Shown piece after piece: positions 56,420-64,000 of a stretch of DNA of 64,000 bases (the first letter of the stretch is position 1; every line of letters begins with the position of its first letter). The position numbers were made by a program, and so were the translations under genes. Under the pieces are notes generated by a model. It was not told the DNA's origin, did no database searches, and saw only the letters and a program-made list of their open reading frames with translations. Source of the DNA: an uncultured virus (IMG/VR IMGVR_UViG_3300020044_008989) (taxonomy: Duplodnaviria > Heunggongvirae > Uroviricota > Caudoviricetes); IMG/VR virus record IMGVR_UViG_3300020044_008989, positions 64,001 to 128,000 of that record. The stretch is one strand, 5' to 3'.

Positions 56420-56455
56420 GGCCCGCCTCAGTTAAGAGGCGGGCCTATTTTTTTC
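56420..56455 (+). terminator. intrinsic terminator
   Basis: GGCCCGCCTC-AGTTAA-GAGGCGGGCC followed by a T run. Confidence 0.8.
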
Positions 56456-56547
56456 TTTTATGGCGCGACAGTTCAAAGAAAGTCATGCACCCTTGTAATG
56501 GTATTTACACTTGAGGGTCGAAAGATTTTGGCTGATTTGAGCGTAAG

Positions 56548-57399
56548 ATGGTGTATATGGCCTTAACAAAACCACCTCAAACAAAAGTCGGGCGCAAGTT
56601 TGGAATGCTCTCCCCGCACACGGGATTCCACGCGAAAAATAGTCGCGGCAAAACAAAATTGTACTACAAATGTGACTGCGATTGCGGAGCGAAGGATCAT
56701 GTAGTTTTATCTAGTAATCTAAGAAGCTCTTCTGGCAGTAATTCTTGTGGATGTAATCAACATACTGGAAACAGGGCTCAAGACCTCACTGGTCAAAAAT
56801 TCGGAATGTTAACAGCTTTAAAACCGACCAATAAAAGATACAGGAAAAGCATAGTCTGGTTATTCAAATGTGACTGTGGAACGGAAAAAGAAATGTCTGC
56901 TGGAGAGGTTGTCAACTTTAAAACGGCGTCTTGTGGTTGTAAGAGAAAATACCTAAATCGTGAAGAGGCTGTTTGGGTAAGGACGAAGGCAACTGCGTTG
57001 CGTCACTCAGAAGAGTATGGCAATGTTTCTGATTTAACCTTAGATGAATACGTTGAGGAAACCACTAAAGACTGCTTTTATTGCGGGGCAAAACCAAAAA
57101 TTCCAGTAATAGACAGAGCCTCCGATCTTAGATTAGTTAGAAACACGTTGGACAGAATCAATCCACAACTTGGGTATTTAAAAACTAACGTAGTGCCATG
57201 TTGCACTAGATGTAATCAGGCTAAATCTGATATGAGCTATATGCAATGGGTTAATTTTCTCATTGAAGTCCACAAACATTTTATTGAAAGCCAAAAATAC
57301 CTTCAATTTGCCTTTGGAGAAAGGGTCGCCGCTAATTCTGAGAAGTTCTTTTTATTTAAAGATTCTCTAGTCCTCAAAACAAAGAAACCCGCCAAGTAG
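56548..57399 (+). CDS. HNH homing endonuclease with CxCDCG repeats
   Basis: Two G.KFGML...CDCG...SCGC repeats; CFYCG...LDRINPQLGY...NVVPCCTRCNQAK. Confidence 0.85.
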   Translation: MVYMALTKPPQTKVGRKFGMLSPHTGFHAKNSRGKTKLYYKCDCDCGAKDHVVLSSNLRSSSGSNSCGCNQHTGNRAQDLTGQKFGMLTALKPTNKRYRKSIVWLFKCDCGTEKEMSAGEVVNFKTASCGCKRKYLNREEAVWVRTKATALRHSEEYGNVSDLTLDEYVEETTKDCFYCGAKPKIPVIDRASDLRLVRNTLDRINPQLGYLKTNVVPCCTRCNQAKSDMSYMQWVNFLIEVHKHFIESQKYLQFAFGERVAANSEKFFLFKDSLVLKTKKPAK

Positions 57400-57410
57400 G
57401 CGGGTTTCGG
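57383..57410. terminator. bidirectional terminator between convergent genes
   Basis: GAAACCCGCC-AAGTA-GGCGGGTTTC. Confidence 0.7.
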
Positions 57411-57427
57411 TAGTTATTTTTTATCTA

Positions 57428-58582
57428 TTACGCGAACACAGCACTGACGTTTGAGCCCGAAACGAAGACCCCCCGCGTAAGATCATTTGTGCCGCCGATT
57501 TCAGCTTCAAAAGTCAAATCAATTGACTGATTATCTCCCACCCCAAGACTAGACTGCTCACTTACAAACTGAGCGCCTTTAAGGGTGTAGCTCATATTGG
57601 CAGAACCATTTGGTTTGTTAATGGTGAGAGTAATGTCGTGAACGCTTTCATCATCAAGCATCGAAGCAAGAGAGCGTGTAACAGCTTCATTCGCAAGGGC
57701 ATTAACGGTGAGAGTCGATGTGATTGGGAAATCTACGGCACGGGCAAATGGGAAACGAGAACCAATCTGCTGAATTGGGGAGCGCGAAAGCGGGATCGAA
57801 AGAGAGGCACTTTGGACGCGAATACCATTTCCACCAGCAACGTCAAGACTCGCGAATGCCGAAGCAACGGTTGAGCCAAGGCCAGTCAGGGAACCGAACG
57901 ATAACGAAATATCGGCGGGTCTGCAAGCCGTTACAATCGAAGCTCCAGTGCCAGGAAGAGGCGCTGGAAGATTGACGCCAGTGGTAGCACTGATTGCGAC
58001 ACCATTTGCTGGGTTAACTGCTGGATTAATAGTTCCAGTGGTAGCTCCATTTACGGTGTATGTGTTTGAGGTAGTATTCGCAGCTTCAAGAGAAATCGAA
58101 ACCGTAGGAATATCGCCAACAGCAACGCTTAATTCATAATTGGTGATAAAGCAATTTCCAAACGCTCTAATTGGAAGACCCGAAAGGGCCGCATTTGCGC
58201 CACCAATAGAGTTAAGGTCCGTGCCTTCTGCGCAAGTAGGAATATAGAGATTAACACCGCTTGCCGAACTGATGGCACCAGAAACAAAGTTGGCTTGACC
58301 CGTTAATGTGGATGCGTCTTGGCAATAAAGACCTAAAAGACGTTCATTGTAGCCATCCGAAAGGTAGTAGGAAAAATCAGCGGAAACAGTAGGTGGTTCG
58401 GTTACGATTTTTTGAATCGCGGCCTGAGTGCCAAATTGCGTAATTGGCGTACGAGCAATTTCGAAACTAGAATTGAAAGACTGAACGCGGCGAAGTTGGG
58501 CGTGGGAGCCCGTGCCTGTTGCGGAGAGGGAGTTGGAGGCAAAGACTCCGAGAGAGGGGTACGTTACGCGGTTACGGGCCAT
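57428..58582 (-). CDS. major tail tube protein
   Basis: MARNRVTY, LRRVQSFNSSFEIARTPITQFG; internal duplication; S/T/G-rich; GTGTAA upstream. Confidence 0.65.
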   Translation of the reverse strand: MARNRVTYPSLGVFASNSLSATGTGSHAQLRRVQSFNSSFEIARTPITQFGTQAAIQKIVTEPPTVSADFSYYLSDGYNERLLGLYCQDASTLTGQANFVSGAISSASGVNLYIPTCAEGTDLNSIGGANAALSGLPIRAFGNCFITNYELSVAVGDIPTVSISLEAANTTSNTYTVNGATTGTINPAVNPANGVAISATTGVNLPAPLPGTGASIVTACRPADISLSFGSLTGLGSTVASAFASLDVAGGNGIRVQSASLSIPLSRSPIQQIGSRFPFARAVDFPITSTLTVNALANEAVTRSLASMLDDESVHDITLTINKPNGSANMSYTLKGAQFVSEQSSLGVGDNQSIDLTFEAEIGGTNDLTRGVFVSGSNVSAVFA

Positions 58583-58621
58583 GGTGTATTAAGAGGGGTT
58601 TCTCTTCTTTACACTTTTCTC

Positions 58622-58649
58622 TTCTCAGACGCCGAAGGGCTTCTGAGAA
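58622..58649. repeat. dispersed hairpin repeat copy 4
   Basis: TTCTCAGA-C-GCC-GAAG-GGC-T-TCTGAGAA. Confidence 0.8.
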
Positions 58650-58657
58650 AAGGGCAA

Positions 58658-58996
58658 TCAACCCACCAACTCTGAATCCTCAAAAATATTCCCAATTACC
58701 TTTAACGAAGGCTTGTGCCAATTAGTTGACGAGATATTAAATGCTCCATTATTGAATGCTACTGCCGCATTTAAAGTTTTTGCGTGACGATACTCTTCAT
58801 CGTAGAATGAACCAGAGATAATGTCTCCCTCATAAATTTCCCGCCCATTCTTATCAAGTAAACCAGTGAATTGTTGGACGAAGTAACCCTCATCTTCAAA
58901 GTCCAATCCATCAGTCAAATCCACCTCTGGGATAAATGAGCGGCAGAATCTTTTTTCGTTTACATTCCAAACGCGGAATTTAATTTGGCGGCTCAT
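58658..58996 (-). CDS. YopX-family protein
   Basis: IKFRVW, QQFTGLLDKNGREIYEGDI, VIGNIFE. Confidence 0.85.
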   Translation of the reverse strand: MSRQIKFRVWNVNEKRFCRSFIPEVDLTDGLDFEDEGYFVQQFTGLLDKNGREIYEGDIISGSFYDEEYRHAKTLNAAVAFNNGAFNISSTNWHKPSLKVIGNIFEDSELVG

Positions 58997-58997
58997 A

Positions 58998-59150
58998 TTA
59001 TTTTTCAACGACAAGTTTGAAGACTACTTTATTTTTGGCCGCGTCTAAAAACCATTCAAAATCAATGAATTTAGTGTTATAATCCTTGACAAAATAGCTC
59101 ATTACGAGGTCAAGGTCTTCTTCTTGGTAGATTATTTGCGGGTCTTTCAT
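58998..59150 (-). CDS. hypothetical protein
   Basis: Packed small ORF, start MKDPQ. Confidence 0.5.
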   Translation of the reverse strand: MKDPQIIYQEEDLDLVMSYFVKDYNTKFIDFEWFLDAAKNKVVFKLVVEK

Positions 59151-59169
59151 ATTGCTTGCGGCCAATAAA

Positions 59170-59451
59170 CTATCTCCACTCTTCCTTGTCAAGTTTTTCT
59201 TTTACGCTGTCTGCGATAAATTTTCGTCCGACCCCAAATAGGAAATATCGTTCGGTTTCAAGTTTGAGAGCTTCTTGGGTGTATTTGTTTGCGGCCTCAG
59301 TTAAAATGGCCTGAACTTTTTCTGGTTGGCAGGCATCATCAAGCGCCGCTTTAAAAAGTTCGTCCAGATTAAGCATTTGTTGGCTGAAGGCGTGGACCAT
59401 GGATTGTTTCATGGTTTCTACTTCGATTTTAATTAGGGGCATTTCGTTCAT
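59170..59451 (-). CDS. hypothetical protein
   Basis: Own sigma70 promoter (TTGACA near 59489, - strand) and AGGAG. Confidence 0.65.
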   Translation of the reverse strand: MNEMPLIKIEVETMKQSMVHAFSQQMLNLDELFKAALDDACQPEKVQAILTEAANKYTQEALKLETERYFLFGVGRKFIADSVKEKLDKEEWR

Positions 59452-59508
59452 ACTCCTATATTACTACCACAAAAGCTCAAACCTGTCAACTATTATTTGC
59501 GGCCAAAA

Positions 59509-59913
59509 TTATTCTGGGATTCCAAGGCTAGCGTTTCTTGCTTCGCAAATTTGTGAAAATAAATCTGCCACAATATCTGGCATCATTTTCCTTTTCAGGG
59601 TTTCTAGCTCTTCGCCATCCAGAGATACAAAACTCTCCTCGTTAAGTGACAGCCATTGAAAATAATGATGCGAAAAGCACACGCATTGATGAACAACTGA
59701 GTGATTATTCTTATTGAGCATATAGAAATCCCCTCTATATGGACTATTCCTATCTATATTAAAAGAGAAGAAAGCGTCTCCATGCGCATTATTTTCTCCT
59801 ATTAATTTAATAGCGGCAGCAAAATCTTCTTTTGTTGAAAAGAATTTAACTTCTGCGTAATGGGGAAAGAATTTTGGGGCTGGATAAACTTGATGAGTCA
59901 TGACAGTAACCAT
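59509..59913 (-). CDS. hypothetical protein
   Basis: ORF with a sigma70-like promoter; true start may be MTHQV. Confidence 0.55.
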   Translation of the reverse strand: MVTVMTHQVYPAPKFFPHYAEVKFFSTKEDFAAAIKLIGENNAHGDAFFSFNIDRNSPYRGDFYMLNKNNHSVVHQCVCFSHHYFQWLSLNEESFVSLDGEELETLKRKMMPDIVADLFSQICEARNASLGIPE

Positions 59914-59944
59914 ACTCGATCACCCGTTCTTGTCTATCAAAAAA

Positions 59945-60796
59945 TTAAGCCCGTGGATACCTTTGTTGACTCACCTTAAAATCAATGAGGCCAATAAACA
60001 TTTCATTCTGCACGGATTTTCGCAGTTGGTCAGTTATTTTGGCCGTCTTAACGCTTTCGATATACAGGGGCAAGCCGCTCGCCAACCACTGATTAGAGAG
60101 GCTATTGTAATTATAATACCCCGTCTTCAAGTCTCCAAACTCTGTAAACGGCACTTCCTCGAAAGGAATGTGGGCGATGGTTTTATTTTTTGTATCCGCA
60201 AACAATCCAAAGATGCCATCAATTTGATAAGAATTTTCGCAAAAGACTGTGGCTGTCAGTTTTACCTCTGTTGTGTCCATGCCACCAAAAGCAAAGGGCG
60301 AATTCTCCACATTTGCCGCCGAAATAAAAATCGCGGGCACAACTGGTTGATACGGAGGAATCCCAGATAAAGGAATGTTCGTTCCTACTTTGGGCGATGG
60401 CAGGTATTTTTTTTCAATAATTAAATCCTCTACTGAGTCGCTGGTAGAGTAAACGTTGAATTCTTTGTGTGAAAAAGAGCCTGTTGGTTGAGCGGATGTT
60501 GATAAGCCGCTAGCGAGAACTCGTCCGTTATCATAATCAAGAAAAAGATTATTTGCGCGGCCAGAAAAATTTGCCCCCACCCACACGCCCGAAGGAACAA
60601 TGGCTCCCGACACAGAAGAATCGGCCACCCACTGTTTATAGGGCGAAGAAAAACTCCTATATGTTGGAATGGAAGAATCGGCGGCGTAAAATAGTTTCCC
60701 TGTTTTGTTTGTGTAGGCTTTACCCTTGTCAAGAAGGTGGTGGTCAAACCAGAGGATGAATGACGTTTGAACTTCGTGGGAAAACTGGGGGACCAT
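59945..60796 (-). CDS. putative tail terminator/neck protein
   Basis: VPAIFIS....NSPFAFGG, IGLIDFKVSQ; GTGTAA 9 nt upstream. Confidence 0.55.
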   Translation of the reverse strand: MVPQFSHEVQTSFILWFDHHLLDKGKAYTNKTGKLFYAADSSIPTYRSFSSPYKQWVADSSVSGAIVPSGVWVGANFSGRANNLFLDYDNGRVLASGLSTSAQPTGSFSHKEFNVYSTSDSVEDLIIEKKYLPSPKVGTNIPLSGIPPYQPVVPAIFISAANVENSPFAFGGMDTTEVKLTATVFCENSYQIDGIFGLFADTKNKTIAHIPFEEVPFTEFGDLKTGYYNYNSLSNQWLASGLPLYIESVKTAKITDQLRKSVQNEMFIGLIDFKVSQQRYPRA

Positions 60797-60805
60797 ATCA
60801 GTGTT

Positions 60806-61264
60806 TTACACCCCACGCTCTCTGTTGGCTTCGTTACCAAACCCCGCCAAAAAACACATGCTCAGCGTAAACATGATCGCTTGACCAAGGCCGCGTTCCT
60901 CACAAGGTTCTACTAAAAAACATAGTAATATAAAAATTAAACAGGATATTAAAATACCTATAAATAGCCAATGTTTTGTCGTCGCAAGAGCAAAAAAAGT
61001 TTTGACCATACTTCTTGATTTTAGAAAATTTTGAGCCGCCCTAAATCCTGCTTCGTCAACTATGTTATTTTTAATTTCTTCAATTTTTTGAATTTCTTTT
61101 TCCTTGAGGATTTTTTTCTGATTAATTTCTTCAAGAGCCGCGTTTTCCCTGTTGAAAGAATCGTCAATGGCAACAATTGCTTCAATAATTGGAGCGTCAA
61201 GTTTATCCTCTTGAAGTTTTGCTGCTTTTTGTTTCGCTCTCTGGATTTGGATTTCTGTGATCAT
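60806..61264 (-). CDS. membrane protein (coiled coil + 2 TM)
   Basis: TTGACA..TATAAT promoter on the - strand near 61300. Confidence 0.65.
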   Translation of the reverse strand: MITEIQIQRAKQKAAKLQEDKLDAPIIEAIVAIDDSFNRENAALEEINQKKILKEKEIQKIEEIKNNIVDEAGFRAAQNFLKSRSMVKTFFALATTKHWLFIGILISCLIFILLCFLVEPCEERGLGQAIMFTLSMCFLAGFGNEANRERGV

Positions 61265-61311
61265 AAGTGTTTAATTATACCTTAATGAAACGCTCTGTCA
61301 ATAGAAATCTA

Positions 61312-61950
61312 TCAAACGTTCTTCACAACCGCAAACCCCATCTCCTCGAATCTTTTATGCCAGTCATTAATAAATGGTGTGATCCATTTTACGGGTTTGG
61401 TATTTAGTCTGGGGCCGCTTTCTTTTTGCAAACCAAAGTGCGACAATGATTGCGTGACGCCCATAGCGGCGAAAGGGGCATTGATATATTGACCCAACCC
61501 TGGGATTCCATCCTCCAACCCAGTGACCCAAGAATATCCATTCGCCCAAGGAAGTTGATCCTTCGTTGCCTCTTCAATCTTCTCCACAAAAGGAAAGTTG
61601 TCAACTTGCCACGTTAAAAAAACAGTTCGCCGCAAAGTCATTTTTCGCAGAACGGCAATTATGGCGTTTATGGGTTTTTGCCGTCTCTTAAAACCAAGGA
61701 AGGAGAATAAATCGCCCTTCCCGCCTCTTCCCAGCAAATCCGCGAAGTCATTGTCCCCAAACCCTGGCCCATATTCAATAGCCTCCACAACCTTTAATTG
61801 CCGAAACTCGCTAATCATTTCTGCTTTTAGCCTCGCGAACTCTTTTTTAGTGGGCGGATTTAAATAATTAACGAGGGTTTGGACAACTTTATTGTTTTTA
61901 AGTTGCTTTTTTAGTTGATCCCTTATGTTCCCGAGAGAGAATTTAGCCAT
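61312..61950 (-). CDS. putative neck/tail-completion protein
   Basis: Synteny; LFSFLGF, LPWANGYSWVTGLEDGIPGLGQY. Confidence 0.5.
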   Translation of the reverse strand: MAKFSLGNIRDQLKKQLKNNKVVQTLVNYLNPPTKKEFARLKAEMISEFRQLKVVEAIEYGPGFGDNDFADLLGRGGKGDLFSFLGFKRRQKPINAIIAVLRKMTLRRTVFLTWQVDNFPFVEKIEEATKDQLPWANGYSWVTGLEDGIPGLGQYINAPFAAMGVTQSLSHFGLQKESGPRLNTKPVKWITPFINDWHKRFEEMGFAVVKNV

Positions 61951-62420
61951 TATTGCTCGTCTGTTGGGGTCAAGAGATACTCATAATAGGGAGAATAGTC
62001 TGGACCAAACATAGCGATTTGTCGGGCATTTGAGACTACAGAGTAACGGTTCCCGTCAAGTTCTAATCTCTGCGCATCCTTGATAAATTCATATGCGGCT
62101 CTATCCACTTTAATCTTTACCGAACCAGCGGGCAAAACAATTTTATTCTGGACCCCGCCAGCCGTTCCATCGCTAAATTTAAAAACCTCTTCGTCGGCTT
62201 TGACATATTTAATTCGCGCCGTTGTTTCTAAAGATACTTCTGTAAATTCCGTGTTTGAGCTTTGGGTTTTATAGAAAGCGTTATACTGACTATTTGAAGA
62301 TAAAGACACTCGTTCTCCTGCTTTCCAGATCGTGATTGGACGCTGAAACGTTTCGTGGATTGAATCAAAAACGTTTGCGATGTTCCTTTTCTGCGTTGCG
62401 CTAAGATAACTGGTTGCCAT
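61950..62420 (-). CDS. putative head-closure (stopper) protein
   Basis: HETFQRPITIWK, ARIKY, GSVKIKV, LELDGNRY; GTGTAA upstream. Confidence 0.55.
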   Translation of the reverse strand: MATSYLSATQKRNIANVFDSIHETFQRPITIWKAGERVSLSSNSQYNAFYKTQSSNTEFTEVSLETTARIKYVKADEEVFKFSDGTAGGVQNKIVLPAGSVKIKVDRAAYEFIKDAQRLELDGNRYSVVSNARQIAMFGPDYSPYYEYLLTPTDEQ

Positions 62421-62423
62421 AAA

Positions 62424-62828
62424 TTAATTTACACCCCTAGCTTTTCTTGCGGCCTCATCTGCTTTTGAATTATTTTGGCGCGGCACCCATTTAAAAACAA
62501 CTTGGTTGTGATTATTTTTCGCGGCCAATAAATTTTCCCAAAGGTCTTTATTCTTCACTGGCTGGTTTTTATAGTTCTTCCAGCCATTCTTTAGCCACCC
62601 TTTAATATGATGATTTATCCCTTGAACGACGTATTGAGAGTCAGAAAGAATAACTATATCTTGCGGTTCTCCAAAATGCTTTAAAGCTTTAATCGCCGCC
62701 ATAAGTTCCATACGGTTGCTCGTAGTGTCCCATTCCCTACCAGAGTAAGATTTTCCTTCTGTTATGTAAGACCACCCACCCTCCTTTGAAGAGCAATCAC
62801 ACGATCCGTCTGTATTAATATAAACCAT
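62424..62828 (-). CDS. rnhA: ribonuclease HI
   Basis: TDGSC, TTSNRMELMAAIKAL, SDSQYVVQGI, WLKNGWK, VKNKDLW, ADEAA. Confidence 0.95.
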   Translation of the reverse strand: MVYINTDGSCDCSSKEGGWSYITEGKSYSGREWDTTSNRMELMAAIKALKHFGEPQDIVILSDSQYVVQGINHHIKGWLKNGWKNYKNQPVKNKDLWENLLAAKNNHNQVVFKWVPRQNNSKADEAARKARGVN

Positions 62829-62844
62829 CCTCTATAATAACTTA

Positions 62845-63290
62845 AAATCAGACTACTAATCTTATTCTCTCTCTTAACCTCTTACCTTTCGGGTAGTCGG
62901 GCAGTTTTTTGTCTGCTCTTAAGAGAAGATACTATTTCAGCCATTGAAGGTTTGGAACGCTTTGTCGGTATAGTTTGGCTTTCGCCAATTTGTATCCTTC
63001 GCCTTAATTCTATGCTAGGTTAACTCATAGAACACTTGGACGCTATTGAAACCGCTGGGTAAGCTGACGAATCGAATAGTCATTGCGCCTCAAGTTGGTT
63101 TCTCGCCCCTCGGATTTCTCCTCCATGCGATACATTGGAATCTTAACTGGGTTCTCCCCACGGCAAACACTTAATTCTGACTAGCCCATCATATTAAATG
63201 TCGGCAACTACTGAAACTGCCCTAAAACAGCGTTGCGGTTGCGTTCGTCCTTTTCAACTGGTCGTAAAAAAGCCTACGACTGGCCTTTGG
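62845..63290 (+). ncRNA. candidate large structured ncRNA, about 440 nt
   Basis: ORF-free; at least 8 helices, most with G-U pairs only in the + sense; TATAAT at 62833. Confidence 0.6.
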
Positions 63291-63355
63291 ATATGTCATA
63301 GTATATTACACATGGATCATCCTTTTGTGTAAAGAAAATTAAGGAACAAGGAAAA

Positions 63356-63646
63356 ATGAACGCCAAGGAAGAGCTATTGGAACGCCAAAGGTTGCACATT
63401 CGCAGTCTTTTTAAAACGCTGCTCTCAGAAATTGAGGATATTAAGGAGGATTTTGATGAGCGATATAGACTCTTACAGGATCAACTTTCGCCCGAACATT
63501 TGCCCATGCTTTACGCCGCAAACCCTCTCACGAATGACCGTTTCATGAGAATCCGCAAAAGAATCTTGGATGTGGGAAATGATGTTTCGCGGGCGATGGA
63601 TTCAGAAACAGAGAGGTATGATGTGACGTTCGTATTCAAACAATGA
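63356..63646 (+). CDS. hypothetical phage protein
   Basis: RKRILDVGND motif; GTGTAA at 63327. Confidence 0.7.
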   Translation: MNAKEELLERQRLHIRSLFKTLLSEIEDIKEDFDERYRLLQDQLSPEHLPMLYAANPLTNDRFMRIRKRILDVGNDVSRAMDSETERYDVTFVFKQ

Positions 63647-63667
63647 TTTTTTGCTATTATAAACACT

Positions 63668-64000
63668 ATGCCCGACGACAAAACCCTCTACTCCTTCACA
63701 GTCACCCACAAGATTGAAAAATCTGAAAAAGAAACCTCCACCGATGACTCTGGGGCCGAAATCACTAAGACAGTAAAAAAGACTGTTGACGAGCCAATCA
63801 CCGTCACAATCAAACGCCCAACTCGCCGCCAAGAAGATGAAGCGGAGGAAGAATACGCGGTTCAGTTTTCTAAGTTCATTAAGAAAGGTCTTATGACGAA
63901 AGCTATGCTTGCAAACAAGTATAGTGACAACGGCGGATTAATGAGTGACGCCGACACAAAAGAGTATGGCAAACTTCTTAAGGAACTCTCTGACGCCAAA
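63668..64000 (+). CDS. 3'-truncated protein, possibly tail assembly chaperone-like
   Basis: Open to the window end: MPDDKTLYSFTV...IKRPTRRQEDEAEEEY...KKGLMTKAMLANKYSDNGG. Confidence 0.55.
   Translation, partial: MPDDKTLYSFTVTHKIEKSEKETSTDDSGAEITKTVKKTVDEPITVTIKRPTRRQEDEAEEEYAVQFSKFIKKGLMTKAMLANKYSDNGGLMSDADTKEYGKLLKELSDAK

Noticed and set aside
63063-63110. Hammerhead ribozyme core (CTGACGA)
   Set aside because: No properly placed GAAA or stems to complete the core.
62845-63290. RNase P RNA, tmRNA or group I intron
   Set aside because: No exact GAGGAAAGUCC/P4 signature, no tRNA-like ends, no convincing P7 R/S pair and no interrupted gene; left as unclassified ncRNA.
1-64000. Apparent excess of GCCGC/GCGGC/CGCG words in an AT-rich genome
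   Set aside because: Impression by eye only, partly explained by promoter spacers and Ala/Arg codons; needs a Markov-corrected k-mer count before any claim.

Overview
This is a 64-kb slice of a large, AT-rich tailed dsDNA bacteriophage genome; the host cannot be identified from the sequence. (1) 1-33 kb, + strand: an early/host-takeover region of about 90 small ORFs, most of them hypothetical. Roughly 60 (counted by eye) have their own sigma70-type promoter (TTGACA or TTGCGC-N16/17-TAnnnT) with the ATG only 5-7 nt after the -10 box, so the transcripts are predicted to be leaderless. This block also holds a RuvB-like ATPase, tRNA-Leu(UAA), tRNA-Arg(UCU), several structured ncRNA candidates, and five promoter-driven micro-transcripts that start AUGG(A/U)C (MDPxFK-type micro-ORFs). 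(2) About 33 kb: a CTAG-rich, A-tract-poor convergence point, followed by a - strand cluster (33.2-38.4 kb: N6-adenine MTase pseudogene, GNAT, HNH endonuclease, macro/A1-like protein). (3) 38.5-64 kb: a late/morphogenesis region containing a tail-tube-like protein, PhoH, a TM-PAS protein, an IS607-type TnpB element, a sigma-like factor, an ERCC4 nuclease, TerL with a LAGLIDADG intein, portal, protease-scaffold, decoration protein, major capsid protein, homing endonucleases, tail tube, neck proteins and RNase H. Many late genes are preceded by a short GTGTAA motif, a candidate phage-sigma late promoter. A roughly 440-nt, heavily structured non-coding segment lies next to the RNase H gene. All product calls come from motif recognition and synteny by eye, not from database searches.
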